DNA of 64,000 nucleotides, taken from contig ML978123.1 in the NCBI GenBank assembly GCA_010015805.1, positions 2,108,001 to 2,172,000 of the forward strand, given 5' to 3'. Source of the DNA: Rhizodiscina lignyota (taxonomy: Eukaryota). Shown in pieces: positions 61,109 to 64,000 of the stretch. A program made the translations under genes and the position numbers. Numbering within the stretch: the first letter of the stretch is position 1; each line of letters opens with the position of its first letter. The notes under the pieces were generated by a model. That model was not told where the DNA came from, did no database searches, and saw only the letters and a list, made by a program, of their open reading frames with translations.

Positions 61109-61933
61109 TCATATCGCAAGTCTTCCTGTGCCTGGCCATCCCGTCCACACTCCACCCATTTCGGTGGCGATTTGCTCGGCAGAGCGGCCTTGTGAGTCCC
61201 GCAGACTTCTGATATCGGCCTTGCCAGTCTGATCGTCCCGCATGATGCCTAGTGTCTCAGCCTCTTGGAACACTTCTGCTGGAAACTGTTGCAGGTCGAG
61301 GTTGGACGCGAGGAGCAACAGTAGCCATGCGACTTCTCTGCTTCCTGCGGTAACGGCTGCGTGCAGAGCCGACTGCATATCTCCTAAAGGATCTTGATAC
61401 CTCAGGATATCCACTTCTGCTTTGTTCCCTGCCTCGTCTTCCATGACGTCCTCTTCTTCTTCCTCATCGTCATCGTCTTGTATCATTCCTATAATTGCCT
61501 GCAGATCACCTTCCCTGCAAAACTCGAGGAATGCACGACACTTCCGCTCATGAGGGTATGTCTTCAGGTACGCCTCTTCGGTCAACAATGGAAGAATGTC
61601 TAGATCCTCCTGAAGGCCGCCTTCGTTATTCAGAGTGCAGAGGAGCTGTTGGACGCCGGAGGGGGATGTAGTGAGGAGCTCAGAAGAGCAGTTGGGGCAT
61701 TCGTGAACCGTATAGGCATCGAGAAGACATTGCCTTAACATATGTTAGTAACTTTAGAAACTATTATGGTTGTATGTTCCAGACCAGTGAAAATGGTCTC
61801 CACATGTTAATTGGCAATCGTCTGGTACTGTCTTCGCGCTGCTCGATCCTTCCATCTCCATATCGTCGTCATCCTCCTCATGCACCAGCTCGACGACCAA
61901 AGGCTTGTGGCAAGCCGCACATAATGCGACCAT
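61109..61933 (-). CDS. Uncharacterised RING-like zinc finger + ankyrin-like protein; 1 intron
   Basis: CAAC..acidic loop..CGDHFHW|QC..CPNC, then FLEFCREGD and QSALHAAVTAGSREVAWLLL. Confidence 0.75.
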
Positions 61934-62218
61934 TTTGGGGATGCAAGAAATTCGACGAAGGCTTTGTTGAGTGGTACAAATTTCCGCGCGCATTTGACGG
62001 TTTTGCGGAGGTGCACGGGCCCTCCGCAATCCTCGAACGCCTCTCGAACAGGGGTTCATGTGCTAAGCTGAGTCGCGAACGGTTTGATCCTCAACCTGTT
62101 CAGTTCGCAAAGTCGAAACAACCTTTAGAGCAGAACATTACTATGTTCCTTGAGAGCTGCTCTACGCTGTGAATATACAGTGTCCCTGGAGAACTCATGC
62201 GCCCTCCGGGTCTCCATC

Positions 62219-64000
62219 ATGGAGCAGCACGAGGGTGAGAATGAGACCCCCGCGACTTCCGCGCCGCAAGTCGAGAGCGACACCAAACCCCCGAAGACTG
62301 AGAAACCAAGTGAAGATGAGGAGCCTCATGCTGTACCATCGACGGTGCAATCTGCACAAATATCGCTACAACAAATCACCGACCGTGCGCTTCGATTCCT
62401 CTCCACCGCGAGCAATGAGACCATTGGAGCATGTTTGGTAGGATTGGGCGCAGGCACATACATGGTTCTTGGAAGAGTAGGATTAGTCTTGATTGGAGTT
62501 GTAGGAGGAGTCGTGTTACACGCCACTTGGGAAGGTGGAAGTAGTGGAAGCGCCAATGAGACTTCAAAGACAGTAGAGGAGAAGAGGCGGAAGGAGGTGG
62601 GATTGGACGTCATACATCGCATACTGAGTTGGCGGTCACAGAAGGAGACGGAGAAAGACGATTTGGAGGATGCTACTCCAGTTAAGGTTGATGCTTTCAG
62701 CCTCGCGGAAGAGGATTTGCAGTACTCAAAGTTCAAACCGGAGACTGCGGATGCTCTTAGACAGATCACTGATGCGGTGATTCGCGACTATGTGCGGTGA
62801 GTGGCCCACTTTGTCTCTGCTCTTGACTGTAGCTGATGTATCGCTAGATTCTGGTATTCACCGATCCTACCGGAGGAGCCCGAGTTTCCTGCAACGTGCC
62901 GACAGACGCTCACTTCCTTTATTCTCTCAATCTCAAACAACCTATCCCGTAAGCGACCTGCTGATACTTTCGTAAACTTTGTCATGAATACGTCGTCGAT
63001 CACAACCGTGTTCCTTAGTGAGCTATCTACTGCTCTGAGCGCGTCCCCAAATGTAGCACCGGCGGATGCTATTCGAACATACGTGGAGTTTAAATCGGAC
63101 AGTAACTTGGCCAATATATTGGACATGAAGCAGCAACGAAAAAAGCTCAGCCTCGTCGCTGAAGACATACTCCAGACATACCTGGAACCGAAAACCTACA
63201 ACTGCAACCCTGCGCACGTCTTCCTCAGACAGATTCTTGCGAACACTGTTATAGACAATACAATCGAGTTATGCTCGAAACCAGAATGGATCAACGGCTG
63301 GATCGTATACCTTCTGGAGGATGGAGAGCCAGAACTGCTGAAGGAAGTTGATGCTGGTCTTGAAGGCCCAACAGGCAATGCAGTCAAAAACGTCGAGAAG
63401 CAAATCGCGGTCGACGAAGCATCAACAGATACGCTTCCCGAATTATCGCCAGCTGATGTGAATCATCGGAGAGTGGTCAGCAGAGGCCAGGAAGCCTTCG
63501 ACGATGCCATGCGTGAAGCGGCACGTCTCACTCGTCTCATGCAAGAGGAAGATGCGCGCCTTGCACAGAAACAGACTACCACGAACCAAGACGTTGAAGA
63601 GACTCGGCAATCTTCGATAGAGGATAATGCAGCCCTTGCCGCTGCTGGTGCAGTTGGTATGATCGACGCTGGCCCAATGGTGTCGACAGCCAGCATCACT
63701 TCCGTCCAAGACGATCATGACCACTCTGAGAACACTACTCAAGGCATTGTCACACCTACATCATCGCAAAGTGAGCGTAACCAAGGAAGCGAAGGTGGCT
63801 CGGATAGAGGCCACTCTACGGAATCACAGCAAGTCGACCCAGCGGCGCCTTCCACACCTTCAGAAAATGCTCCATCCTCCGGGTTTACGAGCTTTGATCA
63901 GATCATACCACCAACTCCTCCCACCGCGCTGGTAGATAATCCAGACGGCCTTAGGCAGGAGCGTGACCCTTTGACACTTTACAAGTCCACCATCTCCATA
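62219..64000 (+). CDS. PXA-domain sorting-nexin-like protein, 3'-truncated by window edge; intron ~62798-62847
   Basis: N-terminal TM hairpin, then the PXA signature AVIRDYVR|FWYSPILP..FP..CRQTL and F.RQILAN....I..CSKPEWINGWI. Confidence 0.85.

Noticed and set aside
151..63935. Numerous 60-230 aa ORFs antisense or out of frame to real genes (e.g. 523-1125, 19130-19828, 44491-45162, 48048-48707, 55526-56125)
   Set aside because: Shadow ORFs expected from codon bias at this GC content; they show no recognisable motifs.
1..64000. Secondary-metabolite cluster, CRISPR array, rRNA or intact transposon
   Set aside because: I saw no PKS/NRPS/terpene backbone gene, repeat-spacer array, rRNA-like sequence, or intact transposase/RT ORF.

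Overview
Gene-dense eukaryotic DNA from a filamentous ascomycete (Pezizomycotina; short GT-AG introns with CTRAC branch sites, ~50-55% GC). I modelled about 33 protein-coding genes by hand. Most are conserved housekeeping genes: UTP18, LPD1, a DIL/ankyrin protein, allantoicase, SAM synthetase, GPN3, PRO2, SRP14, SGD1, SRC1/HEH2, PRI1, an FLC/TRP-like channel and a PXA sorting nexin. Others are secreted or cell-wall enzymes: tyrosinase, GH20, GH16-CRH, GH131, GH128 and a carboxylesterase. Two accessory-looking stretches hold the oddities. The first, ~29.8-38.4 kb, has a VOC protein, an SDR, a Kex2-type secreted Cys protein with a glycine-zipper tail hidden in a second exon, an FAD monooxygenase, GH131 and an intact but orphaned terminal exon of a GH6 cellobiohydrolase. 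The second, ~48.9-53.7 kb, has a probable Ty1/copia relic overlapping the start of an F-box-like orphan, plus a Cys/His + triple-UIM-like orphan. Splicing oddities include a 9-nt micro-exon in the SAM synthetase GHPDK motif, a GC-AG intron in an orphan 7TM gene, seven AAG acceptors and an enlarged intron bounded by 11-bp direct repeats. I recognised no rRNA, tRNA or CRISPR. All family assignments come from motif recognition by eye; no database searches were run, and exon boundaries are manual predictions.
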